Source: Cyanophora paradoxa CCMP329
Lineage: Eukaryota > Plantae > Glaucophyta
NCBI GenBank assembly: GCA_004431415.1
Contig: QPMI01000425.1
Coordinates: 1-64,000 of the forward strand
Length of the DNA: 64,000 nt
Direction of reading: 5' to 3'
Below the pieces are notes generated by a model. It saw only the letters and a list, made by a program, of their open reading frames with translations. It did not search any database and was not told the DNA's origin. Positions within the stretch are counted from its first letter, which is position 1; every line of letters starts with the position of its first letter. Positions 62,540 to 64,000 of this stretch are shown here, piece after piece. Both the position numbers and the translations under genes were made by a program.

Positions 62540-63473
62540 CTTTATACTTGTATAGTGGGAAATCTTTAAGTGGGGATATACGCACTATATAAGTTAATTT
62601 AACCTATCGGTGGGGCTCACCTTGATTTTTCAAATTGGACTACTGAAAACAGTTCGACAAGGATCAGGAACATTACGCAAAAAATAGGGTCTTACTGTCC
62701 TTACTGAGAGATCGGAAGGCGGAATAAAGGCTTACTGAAAATGGTAAGGGATTAGAGAGAAGATTATATGTAGGTTTTTGTGATTGGTTTCAGTAAGGAG
62801 GAGTTAGATGTTTGAAAAATACAGTGCTAATTTATGATTTGTTACTGAGCCTTACTGAGAAATTTGAAAATGGATAATGGGCTTACTGAGAATGGTAGTG
62901 GGGAAAGAAAGAAGAGGGCGCGCAATTGGTGGGGCTTACCTGCAAGCGAGCCAGATGCGGAGGTGGACGACGAGGAGGAGGAAGAGAATTGAACGGACCG
63001 ACTCATGGCTCTGCATCTAATTCATAGATTCCATATATTCATTCATAGTTTGAACATTTGTCATGTATAGCACAATGGCGGGAGGGTAGTAACCGGGTAG
63101 CATTATATATATATAGGTTTTCGTAGGTCATTTCGCTTCGCATACGAGATAAAGAGTGTAAATCAATTTCTTATAAAGTATCACGCAACGATGGCATACG
63201 AATCAACCGCACCGGGGCGCGGTTGGCTAGGGCGGGAAGCTGGGCGACCGCGGGCCGGGGCGCTGGAGCTCCGAGGGCGTGCTCCTGGTAGCGGACGCTA
63301 GATGGCAGGGCCAAAGCACTGGAAGAGGGCCCGGAATGCGTCGGTAAAATATTCTCACGTGCTGCATCCCTACGAAGCATGATGCACGCGACGTACACTG
63401 CGAGCACCCCTATGCTTGGTGCGCGCTTTCGATTGCGTACCCGGCCAGTCCGTGCATCTGATCCGCGTCAACT

Positions 63474-64000
63474 ATGGCGCGTGTGAAGGTGACGCCGAAG
63501 AAATCCGATCAACGGATGGCCTCCAAGGCCGCCACCGGGTCCCGTGGTCCGCGCAGGGCCAAGACGGGAACGAAGAGTGTCATTCCGGGAAGGAAACCTC
63601 ACCGTTATCGTCCAGGTGCGAATGCTATCGCCCCATATCGTACCTCGCGGTGCGTGGATGATTACCACGTCTGCCCGAACCCGCAGGCACTGTCGCGCTT
63701 CGTGAAATCCGCAAATACCAGAAGACGACAGATCTCCTCCTTCGCAAGCTGCCGTTCCAGCGGCTGGTGCGCGAGATAGCACAGAACTACGGCATGCCGG
63801 ACAAGCGCTTCCAATCCTCCAGCGTCCTTGCGCTACAGGAAGCCAGCGAGGCGTACCTTATCGGCCTTTTCCAGGACGCAAATCTATGCGCTATCCACGC
63901 AAAGAGGTGCATTGCGACCTACTGATCATGAATACAACTACACTGCTTACATCTTACAGGCCCGACGCGCAGGGTGACGCTCATGCCAAAGGATATGCAA
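63474..64000 (+). CDS. H3: Divergent histone H3 variant (host gene); exons 63474-63615, 63687-63906, 63973 to beyond 64000
   Basis: Splicing two GT-AG introns (71 and 66 bp) gives [40 protein letters not shown]...[43 protein letters not shown]. Confidence 0.95.

Larger units (their letters stand above)
1..62920. mobile_element. Outer endogenous Polinton-like/Maverick-type dsDNA virus (element A); left end outside the window, right end uncertain (at least 46154, probably ~62900); interrupted by element B and the Helitron-like array
   Basis: Capsid/penton/ATPase module at 1-10.7 kb; replication gene, rve integrase and AdoMetDC at 39.3-45.6 kb. The reading frame is continuous across the element B insertion. 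The upstream motif AAATTATTTTCTCCGG occurs on both sides (10871, 44813). The ~200-bp repeat at 45951-46154 resumes at 61536 after the GC-rich array. Confidence 0.75.

Noticed and set aside
62940-63410. Possible host gene fragments (acidic EVDDEEEEEN* end; ORF 63171-63407)
   Set aside because: Too short and no recognisable motif to support a call.

Overview
Eukaryotic (probably protist) DNA made almost entirely of nested mobile elements. (1) An outer endogenous Polinton-like/Maverick-type DNA virus runs from before base 1 to at least ~46,150, and probably to ~62,900. It carries fibre, patatin-discoidin, two minor capsid proteins, major capsid, endonuclease, packaging ATPase, a PolB-SF1 helicase-HNH fusion, rve integrase and AdoMet decarboxylase. 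(2) A second complete, related ~28.2 kb virus (11073-39263) has ~1.05 kb terminal inverted repeats and a reconstructable 6-bp target duplication. It is inserted in the 5' end of the outer element's replication gene. It has the same collinear virion module and AdoMetDC but a different replication module (Prim-Pol/D5 helicase plus protein-primed PolB). (3) A ~15.3 kb head-to-tail array of six GC-rich Helitron-like units (46155-61436) follows, one carrying ~5.5 kb of cargo. (4) A host intron-containing divergent histone H3 gene starts at 63474. Genes left of ~37 kb are broken by many 1-bp indels (mostly deletions where the two TIRs can be compared) that look like sequencing error rather than decay. 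All domain calls are from motif recognition by eye, with no database search, and the boundaries of frameshifted genes are approximate.
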